A DNA stretch of 64,000 nucleotides from an uncultured Acidimicrobiia bacterium (GCA_963826825.1 CAWGYV010000009.1:44712-108711), one strand, 5' to 3'; shown: positions 21,946 to 34,980, counted from the stretch's first letter. Translations and numbers: made by a program. The notes: a model not told the origin generated them from the sequence alone.

Positions 21946-22965
21946 TCAGCTGTACTCGACCCTCCGCTCTCCTTCGAGCACTTCTCCGACTATCCAGGTC
22001 ATGTGGTCGAAGCGAGCGAATGATCGCGGTAGCCCGCTCCACGGCCGTCGAGTCGACCACAGCCAGGAAGCCGAGGCCCATGTTGAAGGTCGATCGCATC
22101 TCGTCATCGGGCATCGATCCCCATCTTCTGGAGGAGGCCTGAAACACACTGGGCACTTCCCAGGCGTCCATGATGGATGACAGCGCGGCTCCCTATCGGG
22201 AAGCACCCTTCCCAGGTTGCCGGCGATCCCGCCACCGGTGACGTGCACCAGACCGTGGATCCCACCGGATGTGACCGCCTCGAGGACGGCCGGTGAGTAG
22301 ATGACGGACGGCTCGAGGAGCACTTCCCCCCACGTGCGGTCACCGCCGGGGAAGGGCTCGGCAAGGTCGCGCTCGCCGATGATGGCCCGAACCAGCGAGA
22401 AACCATTGCTCCGCAGGTTCGGGCTGGCGACTCCGATGACGACGTCACCGGGTCGGATGGATGATCCGTCTATCCGACCGTCCCGCTCCACCACCCCGAG
22501 TGCAGCACCAGCCAGGTCGATCTGGTCGGGAGGCATCACGCCGGGGTGCTCGGCGGTCTCACCACCGAGCAGGGGCACGTTGGCAAGGGCGCAGCCCTCG
22601 GCCACCGAGGCGACAACAGCGCGGTCCCGCGCCGGGTCGAGCCGGCCTACGGCCATGTAGTCGACCATCCCCAGCGGGGTGGCGCCGACGGCGGCGAGGT
22701 CGTCGACGCACATGGCCACCAGGTCGTGCCCCACGCCGTCCCAGCGACCGGCGCGGCGCGCCAGTTCGAGCTTGGTGCCGACACCGTCGGTCGTCAGCAT
22801 CAGCACGGGGTTTTGGTAACCGGGGGGAAGCTCGACACCGCCGGCGAACCCGCCGAAACCGCCAACCACGTTGGCGCCCCAGGTGGCGGTGACCAGACCG
22901 GAGATGGCGTCGACGTGGCGGTCGGCCCCGACGAGGTCGACGCCGGCCTCCCGGTAGGAGGTCAT
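21946..22965 (-). CDS. purM: Phosphoribosylformylglycinamidine cyclo-ligase, compensated indels at ~22010-22200
   Basis: YREAGVD, TDGVGTK, GGETAEHP, SNGFSL, HVTGGG; TFNMGLG lies in an alternate frame. Confidence 0.92.
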   Translation of the reverse strand: MTSYREAGVDLVGADRHVDAISGLVTATWGANVVGGFGGFAGGVELPPGYQNPVLMLTTDGVGTKLELARRAGRWDGVGHDLVAMCVDDLAAVGATPLGMVDYMAVGRLDPARDRAVVASVAEGCALANVPLLGGETAEHPGVMPPDQIDLAGAALGVVERDGRIDGSSIRPGDVVIGVASPNLRSNGFSLVRAIIGERDLAEPFPGGDRTWGEVLLEPSVIYSPAVLEAVTSGGIHGLVHVTGGGIAGNLGRVLPDREPRCHPSWTPGKCPVCFRPPPEDGDRCPMTRCDRPSTWASASWLWSTRRPWSGLPRSFARFDHMTWIVGEVLEGERRVEYS

Positions 22966-24374
22966 CAGGCGGGGGCTTGCTCCAGGACGAACTTGCCCGC
23001 ATCGAGGTCCACCGCGGTGGGGTACTCACCGCTGAGGCAAGCGGTGCAGAACCCGGCCTCGGCGACCTCGGTTGCGGCGAGCAGCTCATCGAGCGACAGG
23101 TAGGCGAGGCTGTCGCATCCGAGGTAGTCGGCGATCTGCTCCACCGACATGTGCGCCGCGAGCAGTTGCGAGCGGTCGGAGGTGTCCATCCCGTAGAAGC
23201 ACGGCCAACGGTATGGAGGAGAGGAGATCCTGAGGTGGACCTCGGCCGCTCCGGCCTCTCTCGTCATGGCGACGAGTTGTCGGGTGGTGCTCCCCCTGAC
23301 GATCGAGTCGTCCACCAGAACGACCCGCTTTGCGGCGAGCGTCGCCGGTATGGGGTTGAGCTTGAGCTTGATGCCTCTGTCACGCTGCAACTGGGAAGGC
23401 TCGATGAACGTCCTGCCGATATACCGGTTCTTGACCAGACCATCTGTGTACGGAATCCCGCTGTGGGCGGCGAAGCCCTGCGCCGCCGGGATGCCCGACT
23501 CGGGCACGGGGACCACGATGTCCGCATCCGCCGGCGCCTCCTCGGCCAGCCGCCGCCCCATCCGCTGACGGGCTGCCTGGACCGATTGGCCATAGAGCAG
23601 CGAATCGGGCCGGGCGAAGTAGACGAACTCGAACAGGCACAGGCGGGGCTCGCAAGTCTGGAAGGGACGCAGGCTCCGGATCCCGGTGGCGTCCACGATC
23701 ACCATCTCGCCTGGCTCCACGTCGCGCACATAGCTGGCGCCGACCAGGTCGAGGGCGGCGGTCTCCGAGGCGATCACCCAACCGTCCTCGGCAAGCCGTC
23801 CCAGGCAAAGCGGGCGGAACCCGTGTGGGTCGCGGACCCCGATGATCCGGCCCTGGTCCATCACCACCAATGAGAAGGCGCCCTCGAATTTGGGAAGGGT
23901 GGAGAACAGGGCACTCTCCAAGCCCCTGCCGTCGGAGCGCTCGTCCTCGACGGCGGCGGCGATGGCATCGAGCATCAGTTCGGAGTCGGTGGTCCCCGGG
24001 CAGTCGGGGTTCATCGATGCCAGCCGGGCGGTGTTTGTCAGGTTGCCGTTGTGGCCCAGGGCCACCCCGATGCTGCCGACCTGGCGGTACGCAGGCTGCG
24101 AGTTTTCCCAGAGGTTCGATCCGGTCGTCGAGTAGCGGGTGTGCCCGATACCGAGGTGACCGGCGAGCGCCGACAACGATCGCTCGTCGAAGACCTGGGC
24201 CACCAGCCCGAGGTCCTTGAGAACGGTGACGGTCTCCCCGTCGGAGACGGACATCCCCGCCGACTCCTGGCCGCGGTGCTGGAGGGCGAACAACCCGAAG
24301 TAGATGAGGTGGGCGGCGCGCTGGTTGGGGGCGTATACGGCGAAGACCCCGCAGGCCTCGCCGGGCCGTTCCAT
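22965..24374 (-). CDS. purF: Amidophosphoribosyltransferase
   Basis: EACGVF, LQHRGQE, GHTRYSTTG, VDDSIVRG, PCFYG motifs. Confidence 0.96.
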   Translation of the reverse strand: MERPGEACGVFAVYAPNQRAAHLIYFGLFALQHRGQESAGMSVSDGETVTVLKDLGLVAQVFDERSLSALAGHLGIGHTRYSTTGSNLWENSQPAYRQVGSIGVALGHNGNLTNTARLASMNPDCPGTTDSELMLDAIAAAVEDERSDGRGLESALFSTLPKFEGAFSLVVMDQGRIIGVRDPHGFRPLCLGRLAEDGWVIASETAALDLVGASYVRDVEPGEMVIVDATGIRSLRPFQTCEPRLCLFEFVYFARPDSLLYGQSVQAARQRMGRRLAEEAPADADIVVPVPESGIPAAQGFAAHSGIPYTDGLVKNRYIGRTFIEPSQLQRDRGIKLKLNPIPATLAAKRVVLVDDSIVRGSTTRQLVAMTREAGAAEVHLRISSPPYRWPCFYGMDTSDRSQLLAAHMSVEQIADYLGCDSLAYLSLDELLAATEVAEAGFCTACLSGEYPTAVDLDAGKFVLEQAPA

Positions 24375-24453
24375 CGTCGGGTCGAATCGTTCACGCTGGT
24401 CAGTGTAGGAGTGGGGCCAACCGGCGAACCGCCATCCGATCAGGCCGCTGATG

Positions 24454-26664
24454 TCAGCCGGCGAGCCGCCGAGGGATGGCTTCTCTCCAGATCTCTGCCG
24501 CGGTCTCCAGGGGGACGGTGAACGTCGCCGAGCCAACCCGGAGGACGATGGCATCGCCCCCAAACCCCCCCACGCGAGATGCGGCGACGCCCATCTCGCC
24601 CGCTGCCGCGGCAAGGACGTCGCCGTAACCAGGGGAGATGGCGGCGACAAACCGATGGGGGTCCTCGCTGAAGAGCCGCATGAAGTCGGGGCACTCGATG
24701 GTGGCGCCGACCGATGACCGGATGCAGATCTCGGCCACGGCCATCGCCAGCCCACCATCGGAGACATCCTGGAGCACGGGGGCAATGCCGGCGTCTGCCA
24801 GCCGTCTCGCCAGCGCCACCGCGGCGCGGGCCGCGGTCGGGTCCGGAGCGGTCGGCCTGCCTCCGACGTGGCCGAACAGCACCTTCTCCAAGCAGCTACC
24901 GGCGAGCCCCCGTCCGGCAGGCGAGCCCAGAAGCCAAAGCTCCATGCCCTCGTCGGCCAGGTCGAGGCGGGGAGGGTTGGTGGGCAGTGGGTCGACCACT
25001 CCGAGCAGCCCGATCACAGGGGTCGGGTCGATGTCCTGCCCGTCTGTCTCGTTGTAGAAGGAGACGTTCCCGCCGACGACAGGGATCGCCAGCGCTTCGC
25101 AAGCCGAGGCGATGCCCTCGACGGTCTCGATGAACTGCCACATCACCTCGGAGCGCTCCGGGTTGCCAAAGTTGAGGTTGTCGACCACTGCAAGCGGTCT
25201 CGCCCCCACCATGGCGACGTTGAGCGCAGCTTCGTAGACCAGTCGTGCGGCCCCGCGGCGCGGGTCGAGAGAGCAGAGCCTGCCGTTCCCGTCCACCGAG
25301 ACCGCCATCCCCTTGCCCGTCTCACCCAGCGACAGCAGCGTGGCGCCATGACCCGGGCCGACGACGGTATCCAGGTAGAGCATGTGGTCGTACTGCTCGT
25401 AGACCCAGCTGCGGTCGCCAAGAGCGGGGTCGTCAAGCAGCGCGAGGAGCGCTTCAGCCGGATCGGGAGGACGGAGGTAGCGGTAGGTGCTGCCCCAACG
25501 GTCCTCGAGCCACCATGGTTCACCTGCGGGTCGGATGTATCGGGGGCCGGCGGCGAGAGATTCGGCGGGCACCTCGGCTACGACCTCGCCGCGGTGACTC
25601 ACCCGCACCATGTCACTCGAGCGGACCGTGCCCACGACCGAGGCGTCGATCTCCCAACGACCCGCCACCTCGAGGACCTCGGGGACCCGCTCGGGGAGCA
25701 CGAAGGCCATCATCCTCTCCTGTGATTCCGACATGAGGAGTTCGGCCGCAGTCATCCCGCTCTCTCGGACATGGACCCGGTCGAGGTCGAGGTCGAGCCC
25801 GACTCCGGCGCGTGCCGCCGGCTCGGCGGCGGCGCACGAGAGCCCGGCTGCTCCCAGGTCCTGCACCCCCACCACGAGACGGCGGCGATATAGCTCGAGG
25901 CAGGCCTCGATGAGTTTCTTCTCCTCGAACGGGTCGCCCACCTGGACCGCAGGTCGCTTCGACCCGCTGTCCTCTTCGAAACCCGCCGACGCCAGCACCG
26001 ATGCTCCACCGATCCCGTCGCGTCCGGTGGACGCCCCGAGCAGGACCGCCACAGATCCGGGGGGTCCTGCGGTCCCAAGCACCAGTTGATCGCGCCTCAT
26101 GACGCCTAGGCACATCACGTTCACCAGCGGATTGCCCGCGTAGCACTCCTCGAAACCCAACTCACCGCCCACCGTCGGGACGCCAACCGCGTTGCCGTAA
26201 GAGGCGATGCCTCCCACGACACCGGTGAACAGGTAGCGGTTGAGCGGGTCGTCGAGCGGACCAAACCGGATCGAGTCCCAGAGAGCAACGGGTCGGGCTC
26301 CCATGGTGAACACGTCGCGCAGGATGCCGCCCACCCCGGTGGCGGCGCCCTGATGAGGCTCGACGAAGGATGGATGGTTGTGGCTCTCGATCCGCAGCGC
26401 AGCCAGCCATCCATCACCGAGGTCGACCACTCCGGCGTTCTCGCCGGGACCGACGACGACCCATGGAGCCGTGGACGGAAGGCGACCCAAGTAGGCGCGC
26501 GACGACTTGTAGGAGCAGTGCTCCGACCACATCACCGAGAACATGGCGAGTTCGGCCGCCGAGGGTTGACGCCCCAGCCGGGCGGAGATGTCCCCCATCT
26601 CTTCGTCGCTCAACCCGAGGAGACGGTGGGCTGGTGTGGGGTCGGTGTCGGGTCCGGCGGTCAC
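24454..26664 (-). CDS. purL: FGAM synthase subunit PurL
   Basis: [36 protein letters not shown] motifs. Confidence 0.96.
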   Translation of the reverse strand: MTAGPDTDPTPAHRLLGLSDEEMGDISARLGRQPSAAELAMFSVMWSEHCSYKSSRAYLGRLPSTAPWVVVGPGENAGVVDLGDGWLAALRIESHNHPSFVEPHQGAATGVGGILRDVFTMGARPVALWDSIRFGPLDDPLNRYLFTGVVGGIASYGNAVGVPTVGGELGFEECYAGNPLVNVMCLGVMRRDQLVLGTAGPPGSVAVLLGASTGRDGIGGASVLASAGFEEDSGSKRPAVQVGDPFEEKKLIEACLELYRRRLVVGVQDLGAAGLSCAAAEPAARAGVGLDLDLDRVHVRESGMTAAELLMSESQERMMAFVLPERVPEVLEVAGRWEIDASVVGTVRSSDMVRVSHRGEVVAEVPAESLAAGPRYIRPAGEPWWLEDRWGSTYRYLRPPDPAEALLALLDDPALGDRSWVYEQYDHMLYLDTVVGPGHGATLLSLGETGKGMAVSVDGNGRLCSLDPRRGAARLVYEAALNVAMVGARPLAVVDNLNFGNPERSEVMWQFIETVEGIASACEALAIPVVGGNVSFYNETDGQDIDPTPVIGLLGVVDPLPTNPPRLDLADEGMELWLLGSPAGRGLAGSCLEKVLFGHVGGRPTAPDPTAARAAVALARRLADAGIAPVLQDVSDGGLAMAVAEICIRSSVGATIECPDFMRLFSEDPHRFVAAISPGYGDVLAAAAGEMGVAASRVGGFGGDAIVLRVGSATFTVPLETAAEIWREAIPRRLAG

Positions 26665-27326
26665 GAAGCTCGCCGCATGGCACCTGATTCGCAGGCGCCG
26701 AGGAAGCTTTCGAGCAGCCTTACCCCTCCGTTCTCGGCTCGGTCGAGCACCGCCCGCTCGGGGTGCGGCATCACCCCGACGACGTTCCCCGCTTCATTGG
26801 CGACCGCGGCTGCGGCGAGCTGCGACCCGTTGGGGTCGTCGGTGTAGCGGATGACCACGCGGCCCGACCCCTCCGGGTCGACCCAGGCACCCTCGTACGA
26901 GTTCAACGGGATGCGGAGTCGGTCGCCCACCCGATGCGCCGACGTGAGGATCGTCGTGTTGTCGGCGACCTCCACTTCGACGAACCGGCAGATGAACCGC
27001 AGGTCTCGATTGGCGATCAGCGCCCCTGGCAGGAGACCAGCCTCGCAAAGCACTTGGAAGCCGTTGCAGATGCCGAGCACAGGAGCGCCCTCGGCAGCAC
27101 GTCGCTCCACCTCGGCCATGACGGGGGACAGGCGAGCTATCGCCCCGGTGCGCAGATAGTCGCCATGGGCGAATCCACCGGGCAACACCACTCCATCGGC
27201 GCCGCTCAGATCGCTGTCGCCGTGCCAGACGAACTCTGGATCTCCTCCCACGGCCCGAATGGCGCGGACCACGTCGCGCTCGCAGTTGGTTCCTGGAAAG
27301 AGCACGACAGCGACCCGGGCGGTCAC
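26661..27326 (-). CDS. purQ: FGAM synthase subunit PurQ
   Basis: FPGTNC, PGGF, GICNGFQ, MPHPER motifs. Confidence 0.95.
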   Translation of the reverse strand: MTARVAVVLFPGTNCERDVVRAIRAVGGDPEFVWHGDSDLSGADGVVLPGGFAHGDYLRTGAIARLSPVMAEVERRAAEGAPVLGICNGFQVLCEAGLLPGALIANRDLRFICRFVEVEVADNTTILTSAHRVGDRLRIPLNSYEGAWVDPEGSGRVVIRYTDDPNGSQLAAAAVANEAGNVVGVMPHPERAVLDRAENGGVRLLESFLGACESGAMRRAS

Positions 27327-27565
27327 TCCACGACCTCGACGGTGAAGTCCTCGAGCACCGGGTTGGCCAGCAGACGACGGCACATCTCGTCGACACGTGC
27401 CGACAGCGCCTCTCGATCGCCATCCCCGCATTCGAGGGTGATCAGCTTGTCGACCCGCACCGACGTGACCTCGTCGAATCCGAGTTGGTGGAGAGCGCGG
27501 GCGATGGTGGTGCCTTGCGGATCGGCGATGTCCGCCCGGCGGGTGACTGTCACCTCGACCTTCAA
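27323..27565 (-). CDS. purS: FGAM synthase subunit PurS
   Basis: DPQG and LLANPV motifs; TTG start overlapping the purC stop. Confidence 0.92.
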   Translation of the reverse strand: MKVEVTVTRRADIADPQGTTIARALHQLGFDEVTSVRVDKLITLECGDGDREALSARVDEMCRRLLANPVLEDFTVEVVE

Positions 27566-28440
27566 GACGATCCCGGACCGTGGAGTGGCCGGCCCGTGAT
27601 CCGCTGGTACGCCTCGAGGTACCGCTCCGATGTCTCTGCGATCACCTCGGGTGGCAGAGCGGGCGCCGGTGGTGTGTGGTCCCACCCGGAGGCATCGAGC
27701 CAGTCGCGCAGCGGTTGCTTGTCGAAGGAGGGCACGTCGTTCCCCGGCGACCAGGCGTCCGCCGGCCAATACCTCGAAGAGTCGGGGGTGAGGACCTCGT
27801 CCACCAGGATCAACTCGGCGGAGCCGCCGCGCGTGTAGCCGAACTCGAACTTGGTGTCGGCGAGGATCACACCCCGCTCGGCGGCGTATGCGGCGCCGGC
27901 GAGGTAGATGTCGACAGAGCGTCTCCGGAGCTCCTCGTAGAGGTCGTCTCCGACCAACTGTCTAGCGCCCTCTTCGGTGAGGTTCTCGTCGTGACCAGTG
28001 GCCGCCTTCGTAGCCGGGGTGAAGATCGGCTCGTCCAAGCGGTCTGCCATCTGCAAGCCCGGCGGGAGGTGCTCGGTGGTGGGTCCGCCGCCGTCCCGGT
28101 ACTCCCGCCATGACGATCCGTAGAGGTAGCCGCGTACCACGCACTCCAGGGGGACGACGTCGGCCCGCCGGACCACCATGGCGCGTCCGGTCAGCTCGGA
28201 GCGATCCTCCGCGGTCAGTTCGAGCCCGTCGAGGTCGGTTGTCAGCATGTGGTGAGGCGTGTCGAGCAGATCGAACCAGAAGACAGAGAGGCTGGTTAGT
28301 ACCTCGCCCTTGGATGGGATGGGGTCGGGGAGCACGACGTCGTATGCGGACACGCGGTCGGTCGCAACGAACAGCAAGCGGTCGCGGTCGATCTCGTAGA
28401 TCTCCCGCACCTTTCCCGACGCCACATGAGGCAGTGCCAC
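27562..28440 (-). CDS. purC: SAICAR synthetase
   Basis: SGKVREIY, ECVVRGYL, ADTKFEFG, DEVLTPDSSR motifs. Confidence 0.95.
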   Translation of the reverse strand: MALPHVASGKVREIYEIDRDRLLFVATDRVSAYDVVLPDPIPSKGEVLTSLSVFWFDLLDTPHHMLTTDLDGLELTAEDRSELTGRAMVVRRADVVPLECVVRGYLYGSSWREYRDGGGPTTEHLPPGLQMADRLDEPIFTPATKAATGHDENLTEEGARQLVGDDLYEELRRRSVDIYLAGAAYAAERGVILADTKFEFGYTRGGSAELILVDEVLTPDSSRYWPADAWSPGNDVPSFDKQPLRDWLDASGWDHTPPAPALPPEVIAETSERYLEAYQRITGRPLHGPGSS

Positions 28441-28515
28441 CACGCCTTGCGATGGTAGCGAGGGCGCGCACGGCTGCTCCACCACCTCGCGGCTCGCCGG
28501 CGATAGCCTCGATGA

Positions 28516-28926
28516 ATGACCGAGTCAGGCGGCATGGACAGGGCGATGCGGGTCGAGAGCCTGCTAGCGGATGATCCTTATGCCGCGCTCCTCGGCATCG
28601 AGTTGGTGTCGGTGGATGACACCTCGATCGTTCTCAGCATGCAGGTCAGGCCCGATCTCGCCAACTTCACCGGCTCGACGCACGGCGGGGCGGTGTTCTC
28701 GCTGGCCGATTGCGCCCTCAGCCTCGCTTCCAACATCGCCGGGCCGGCGGTGGCGGTTGACACCCACCTTGCCGTGACCGCGTCCTCATCGCCCGGCGAG
28801 AGGCTCGAGGCGACCGTGGTTGAGGAGGCGGTGGGGAAACGGCTGGCGACCTACCGGGTGACGGTGCGCCGTGGCGACGGGCGGGTCTGCGGTGCGTTCA
28901 CCGGCACCGTGTTCCGTACCGGCTGA
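28516..28926 (+). CDS. PaaI-like hotdog thioesterase
   Basis: N..G.THGGAVFSLAD motif. Confidence 0.85.
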   Translation: MTESGGMDRAMRVESLLADDPYAALLGIELVSVDDTSIVLSMQVRPDLANFTGSTHGGAVFSLADCALSLASNIAGPAVAVDTHLAVTASSSPGERLEATVVEEAVGKRLATYRVTVRRGDGRVCGAFTGTVFRTG

Positions 28927-29015
28927 TTATCGGTCTCACCACATCCATCTAGCATTCCCTGTTCCGCTCTGGAGACCCCCTGCACGTCGCCCCGATACCG
29001 CCTCGTCGTCTGCTG

Positions 29016-30155
29016 TTGAAAAGAATCCTGCTTGGCGCGGGCGCCCTGATCGTGGTCGCCGCCGTGGTCATCGGAATCCAGGTGTGGCGGACCTACCAGA
29101 CCATCGAGACAGAGCAGTTCGACCCGGCTGCGGCCGGAGAGGCAATTGCCACCCGGACCGAGGGGGCAGAGGCGGCGCCCCTTCGCCCCCCGGCAACCGA
29201 CGACGTGGCAACGACTGCAGGTCCGCTCCCGACGGTGACCGGTGCATACGAGCGCCAACTCACTCGAGCAGCCGAGGCGATCTACCTGGTCGACGTCCTT
29301 TCCGGGGTGCAACGTCCGTTTGAGTTGGTGCCCCAGCAGATCGAGCACGCCGAGAGCCCGCCGCTGCCAGACGCCATGTTCGAGGCCTACCTGTTGGTGG
29401 GGAGCGACCTCAGTGGGGAGAGGGCCGACGCCATCATCCTCGGTCTGGTCCCGAGCGACGGGTCAGATCCCATCCTGGCCTCGATCCCACGTGATCTCTA
29501 TATGACGAACCCCTGCTCTGGGGTCAACGACCGAATCAACTCGACGCTCATCGGCTGTCCCGGTTACGCCACCGGTAGCGAGCTCTTGGCGCTGGCCGTG
29601 CAGCAGTTCACCGGGGTAGAAGTCGATCACCTCGTCAGGGCCGATTTCGACGGATTCGCCAGCATCATCGACGCGCTCGGGGGTGTCGAACTGTGTGTCG
29701 ATGCACCGACCCGAGACGAGAAGGCCCACTTCGAGATTTCACCGGGTTGCCACCAGGCCGACGGCGAGCTGGCCCTCGCCTGGGCCCGGTCGCGGACGAC
29801 CGAGGAGCAGCACGACGGTGTGTGGCGCGTCGTCGCCGGGAACGACTTCACGCGGCAGCAGAAGCAACAGGAACTGCTGTTCAAGGTGGCAGGGAGGGTG
29901 GCTTCGTTCTCCTCGCTCGGATCGTTCACCACCGTCACCCAGGAGATCGCCGAGGCAGTGAAGCTCGACGCCGGGTTCTCCATAGCCGAGGCACTCGGCA
30001 TCGCCTGGAAATACCGCACCCTGCAACCAGACAACGTTCAGCGAGTCTCCCTCTCCTTTGCCGACTACCGGACTGCTGCGGGCGCGGCGGTGCTCCTCCC
30101 GTCACAAACCTTCAACTCGGCTCTGGCCGAGGTGTACCCACCGGCAGCACGGTGA
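29016..30155 (+). CDS. LCP (LytR/CpsA/Psr) family protein
   Basis: N-terminal TM; LLVGSD, RADAI, SIPRD, ARSR, R..KQQ motifs. Confidence 0.9.
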   Translation: MKRILLGAGALIVVAAVVIGIQVWRTYQTIETEQFDPAAAGEAIATRTEGAEAAPLRPPATDDVATTAGPLPTVTGAYERQLTRAAEAIYLVDVLSGVQRPFELVPQQIEHAESPPLPDAMFEAYLLVGSDLSGERADAIILGLVPSDGSDPILASIPRDLYMTNPCSGVNDRINSTLIGCPGYATGSELLALAVQQFTGVEVDHLVRADFDGFASIIDALGGVELCVDAPTRDEKAHFEISPGCHQADGELALAWARSRTTEEQHDGVWRVVAGNDFTRQQKQQELLFKVAGRVASFSSLGSFTTVTQEIAEAVKLDAGFSIAEALGIAWKYRTLQPDNVQRVSLSFADYRTAAGAAVLLPSQTFNSALAEVYPPAAR

Positions 30156-30180
30156 GCGCAGCCCGGTAGGTTGAGCGGCC

Positions 30181-31098
30181 GTGGCGGCTCGGCTTGGAAT
30201 CGACATGGGCGGCACCAAGATCGAGGGTGCCGCCCTCGACGAGGACAACGCTCCCTTCGTGCGGTTGCGGGCGGCGACGCCGTCGGGCTCTTACGAGGCC
30301 ATCGTGGACACCGTCGCCGAGGTGGTGGCGCAAGTGGATGCTGCCGCCTCCGAAAAGGGTCCGGTGCTGGAGACGGTGGGGATCGGGCACCCCGGCGTGG
30401 TCTCACCGTCAACCGGGGTGGTCAAGAACGCCAACTCGACGGCTCTGATAGGACAGCCGCTCCACCTCGATCTCAACGCACGGCTCGGCCGCCCCGTGGT
30501 GCTTCGCAACGACGCAGACTGCTTCGCTCTATCCGAGTCGACCGACGGCGCCGCTGCCGGTGCCACCTCCGTATTTGGAGTGATCATCGGCACCGGCGTC
30601 GGTGGCGGCGTGGTGGTGCGAGGCCGATTGGTCGAAGGCCCCAACGCCATCGCAGGCGAATGGGGGCACAACCCGCTCCCCTGGCCAACGGCCGGGGAAC
30701 TTCCCGGCCCCCCCTGTTACTGCGGAAAGAATGGCTGCATCGAGACGTGGGTCTCCGGGCCGGGTCTGGCCGCCGATCACCTGCGCGGCACCGGTGTCTC
30801 GGTGGAACCGCCCGAGCTGCTCAGCCAGGCCGACGAGGGGGATCCCGATGCCGTTGCGTCACTCGACCGCTACATCGATCGGCTCGCCCGCTCGCTCGCC
30901 ACCGTCATCAATGTCCTCGACCCCGAGGTGGTTGTCCTCGGCGGAGGCTTGTCCAACGTCTCGGTGCTCTACGACGCGGTCCCACGCCTCTGGGGGCGGT
31001 ACGTCTTCTCCGATCGAGTCACCACAAGCCTCGTCCCCAACCGCCACGGCGACTCCAGCGGCGTGCGAGGCGCCGCGATGCTGGTAGGAGGGTTGTGA
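30181..31098 (+). CDS. ROK family sugar kinase (Mak/fructokinase-like)
   Basis: GIDMGGTK, NDADC, GTGVGGG, GEWGH, CYCG..GC.E motifs. Confidence 0.9.
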   Translation: MAARLGIDMGGTKIEGAALDEDNAPFVRLRAATPSGSYEAIVDTVAEVVAQVDAAASEKGPVLETVGIGHPGVVSPSTGVVKNANSTALIGQPLHLDLNARLGRPVVLRNDADCFALSESTDGAAAGATSVFGVIIGTGVGGGVVVRGRLVEGPNAIAGEWGHNPLPWPTAGELPGPPCYCGKNGCIETWVSGPGLAADHLRGTGVSVEPPELLSQADEGDPDAVASLDRYIDRLARSLATVINVLDPEVVVLGGGLSNVSVLYDAVPRLWGRYVFSDRVTTSLVPNRHGDSSGVRGAAMLVGGL

Positions 31099-31108
31099 GT
31101 GGGTATCG

Positions 31109-31132
31109 GTACTGAGTACTGAGTACTAGGTA

Positions 31133-31143
<11 letters not shown>
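31109..31143. repeat. Heptamer array (GTACTNN)x5 at the convergent ROK/purB junction
   Basis: gtactga gtactga gtactag gtactaa gtactca. Confidence 0.85.
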
Positions 31144-32434
<1,291 letters not shown>

Positions 32435-32483
32435 GACCGATGATGATAAGGGCGGCCCCGGTTGACGATGATGGTCCGACGCC

Positions 32484-33459
32484 ATGGATTCGAATTTGCG
32501 AGCACGGATGATGTTGGCCGCATCCCTCCTGGGGATGGCCGTCATGGCCTGCAACTCCTCCCCGGACTCAGGTGACCCGGTCGTACTGGTCCTCGACTTC
32601 CTCCCAGGAGGTGTCCACGCCGGGATCTACGCCGCCGATGGCGAGGGCTTTTTCGCCGAGGAGGCCTTGGAGGTCGAGATCCAGACCCCGGCATCTGCCG
32701 CCGACACGCTGCGTCTCGTGCTGTCTGGCCGTGCGGACATCGGGATCGCTCCCCTTCCAGACGTGGCACGGCTCCGCTCCGATGGCGAGGATGTCGTGGC
32801 GTTCATGGCGCTGGAGCAGGTCCCGCTCGGGGCGCTGCTGAGCACCGAATCGATCGGAATCACCGACCCAAGCCAATTGGAGGGAGGCACCATCGGGGTC
32901 ACCGGCGCACCATCCGACGAGGCGATCACGCGAGTCATCCTGGAGGGCGCCGGCGCCGATCCCGACAGCGCCCAAATGATCTCCATCGGATTCGATGCCG
33001 TCCCCAACCTCATATCCGGTTCGGTGGATGCTGCCTTCGGGTTCTGGAGCTCGGAGGCGGTTGCTCTCGAGCTCGAAGGGGAGAGACCGGTCATCTTCCG
33101 TCCAGATGAATACGGGGCGCCGGCATACCCCGAGTTGGTCGTGTTCGCAACGGGAGAGACCGTGGCGAGCCGCGGCTCGATGCTCGAGAGGTTCTCCCGA
33201 GGCGATGGGGCGCGGCTATACGTTCGCCATCGACGATCCTGATGCTGCGATAGCCCACCTCACCTCCTCTGCCGAAGGTGTTGACGCCGACTTCGCCCGC
33301 GCCGAGTTCGACAAGATCGCACCCCACCTACTCGGCACCGAGGGTGGCTACGGAGAGATCACCGAGGCCGGTATCAACGACTACCTGAGTTGGGCAGCCG
33401 ACGTCGGGGTGCTCGACCGTGTTCCCGACGATCTCGTCGACCCCTCTCTCCTGCCGTGA
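32484..33459 (+). CDS. NMT1/ThiY-type ABC substrate-binding lipoprotein, frameshift at ~33200
   Basis: Lipobox VMAC, LDFLP..H, G.PAYPELV; C-terminal helices in another frame. Confidence 0.8.
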
Positions 33460-34226
33460 CACCACGGGTCGAGGTCCGTTCACTCCACAAGAGCTTCCCC
33501 ACTGGGGCCGGGACCATCGAGGTCCTCGACGGGATCGATCTCGTCGTTGAGAGGCGCCAGTTCGTCACGCTCCTCGGCCCCAGCGGATGCGGCAAGTCGA
33601 CCATGTTCGACATCGTCGCCGGGTTGGAGGAGCCGACCTCGGGCGAGGTACTCATCGACGGTGATTCCGGTGGGCGGGCAGGCCGCTGCGGATACATGCC
33701 GCAGAAGGACCTCTTGATGCCATGGAAAACGGTCGGCGACAACGTCGCGGTGGGCAAGGTCGCCAAAGGTGTCCCGCGCCGGCAAGCCAGGTCAGAGGCC
33801 CTCGAGGTGCTCTCCCGGTTCGGGTTGGCGGACTTCGCCGCTCTCTACCCGCGCCTGCTGTCGGGTGGCATGCGGCAAAGGGTCGCCCTCGCCCGCACCT
33901 ACTTGGCCGGGAACGATCTGCTCCTGCTCGACGAGCCGTTTGGCAGTCTCGACAGCCTCACCCGGCTGCGGATGCAGTCGTGGTTGCTCGACGTATGGCG
34001 CCAGACCGATTCGGCCGTTCTCTTCGTGACCCACGACATCGATGAGGCAATCCGACTCGGAGACCGGGTATATGTCCTCACCGAGCGTCCCGCCTCGGTT
34101 GCGCTGATACTCGACGTCGACCTGCCCCGACCCCGGCCATACGAGACGGTGCTCTCCCCTCAGTTCGCCCGGCTCAAGGCGGTGGCGCTGGAGCATCTCC
34201 ATCTCGGAGCCGCAGGCAATGGGTGA
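33456..34226 (+). CDS. ABC transporter ATP-binding protein (TauB/SsuB-like)
   Basis: GPSGCGKST, LSGGMRQR, LLLDEP, VTHD motifs. Confidence 0.92.
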   Translation: MTPRVEVRSLHKSFPTGAGTIEVLDGIDLVVERRQFVTLLGPSGCGKSTMFDIVAGLEEPTSGEVLIDGDSGGRAGRCGYMPQKDLLMPWKTVGDNVAVGKVAKGVPRRQARSEALEVLSRFGLADFAALYPRLLSGGMRQRVALARTYLAGNDLLLLDEPFGSLDSLTRLRMQSWLLDVWRQTDSAVLFVTHDIDEAIRLGDRVYVLTERPASVALILDVDLPRPRPYETVLSPQFARLKAVALEHLHLGAAGNG

Positions 34227-34980
34227 TCGCCGCCTGGCTCCAATCGCGGCACCGGTCGGTTTCGCTCTGCTGGTCTTGATCTTGTGGCAGATCGGCGCCG
34301 ACATCACCGGTGCCGACCCTCGGATAATCCCCTCGCCGCTCGATGTGTGGGCCGCGCTGGTTCGTCAGCCGGGGATTCTGGTGACGAACGCGGCGGTGAC
34401 TGTCGTCGAGATGGTGCTGGGGTTTGCCATGGGGGCGGCGTTTGGCGTCATGATCGGGGTGCTGGTGGGGTCGTGGATACTGGCGCGCCGCGCCCTTTAC
34501 CCCTGGCTGGTGGCGAGTCAGACGATTCCAATCCCGGCGATCGCTGCGGTGTTGGTCATCTGGTTCGGGTTCTCGATATTCCCCAAGCTGTTGGTGGTCG
34601 CACTGATCACCTTCTTCCCAGTGGCGGTGGCCACCGCCGACGGGTTCGCCTCGGTGGACGATGACCTGGTTCGCTTGATGCGCAGCTTCGGTGCCGGCAA
34701 GACGACGATCACCCGCGAGGTGCGTATTCCGGCGGCGCTCCCCTTTGTCTTCTCCGGTGCAAAGGTGGCGGCTGCCCTCGCCGTGCTCGGTGCTGTGTTC
34801 GGCGAGTGGGTCGGCGCTCGCGCCGGGCTGGGCTACCTGCTTCTGCTCGAACAGCGGGCCCTCGACACCGACGAGGTCTTCGCAATCATCGCCCTCCTCT
34901 CCTTGCTAGGCATCGGATTCGTCGCGCTCGTATCGCTGCTGGAGCGTCTTGTGATCCCCTGGCACAGTCGGCGAGTCTGA
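34219..34980 (+). CDS. ABC transporter permease (TauC/SsuC-like)
   Basis: PSP, SQTIP, VFGEW..A..GLG motifs; TM helices. Confidence 0.9.
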   Translation: MGDRRLAPIAAPVGFALLVLILWQIGADITGADPRIIPSPLDVWAALVRQPGILVTNAAVTVVEMVLGFAMGAAFGVMIGVLVGSWILARRALYPWLVASQTIPIPAIAAVLVIWFGFSIFPKLLVVALITFFPVAVATADGFASVDDDLVRLMRSFGAGKTTITREVRIPAALPFVFSGAKVAAALAVLGAVFGEWVGARAGLGYLLLLEQRALDTDEVFAIIALLSLLGIGFVALVSLLERLVIPWHSRRV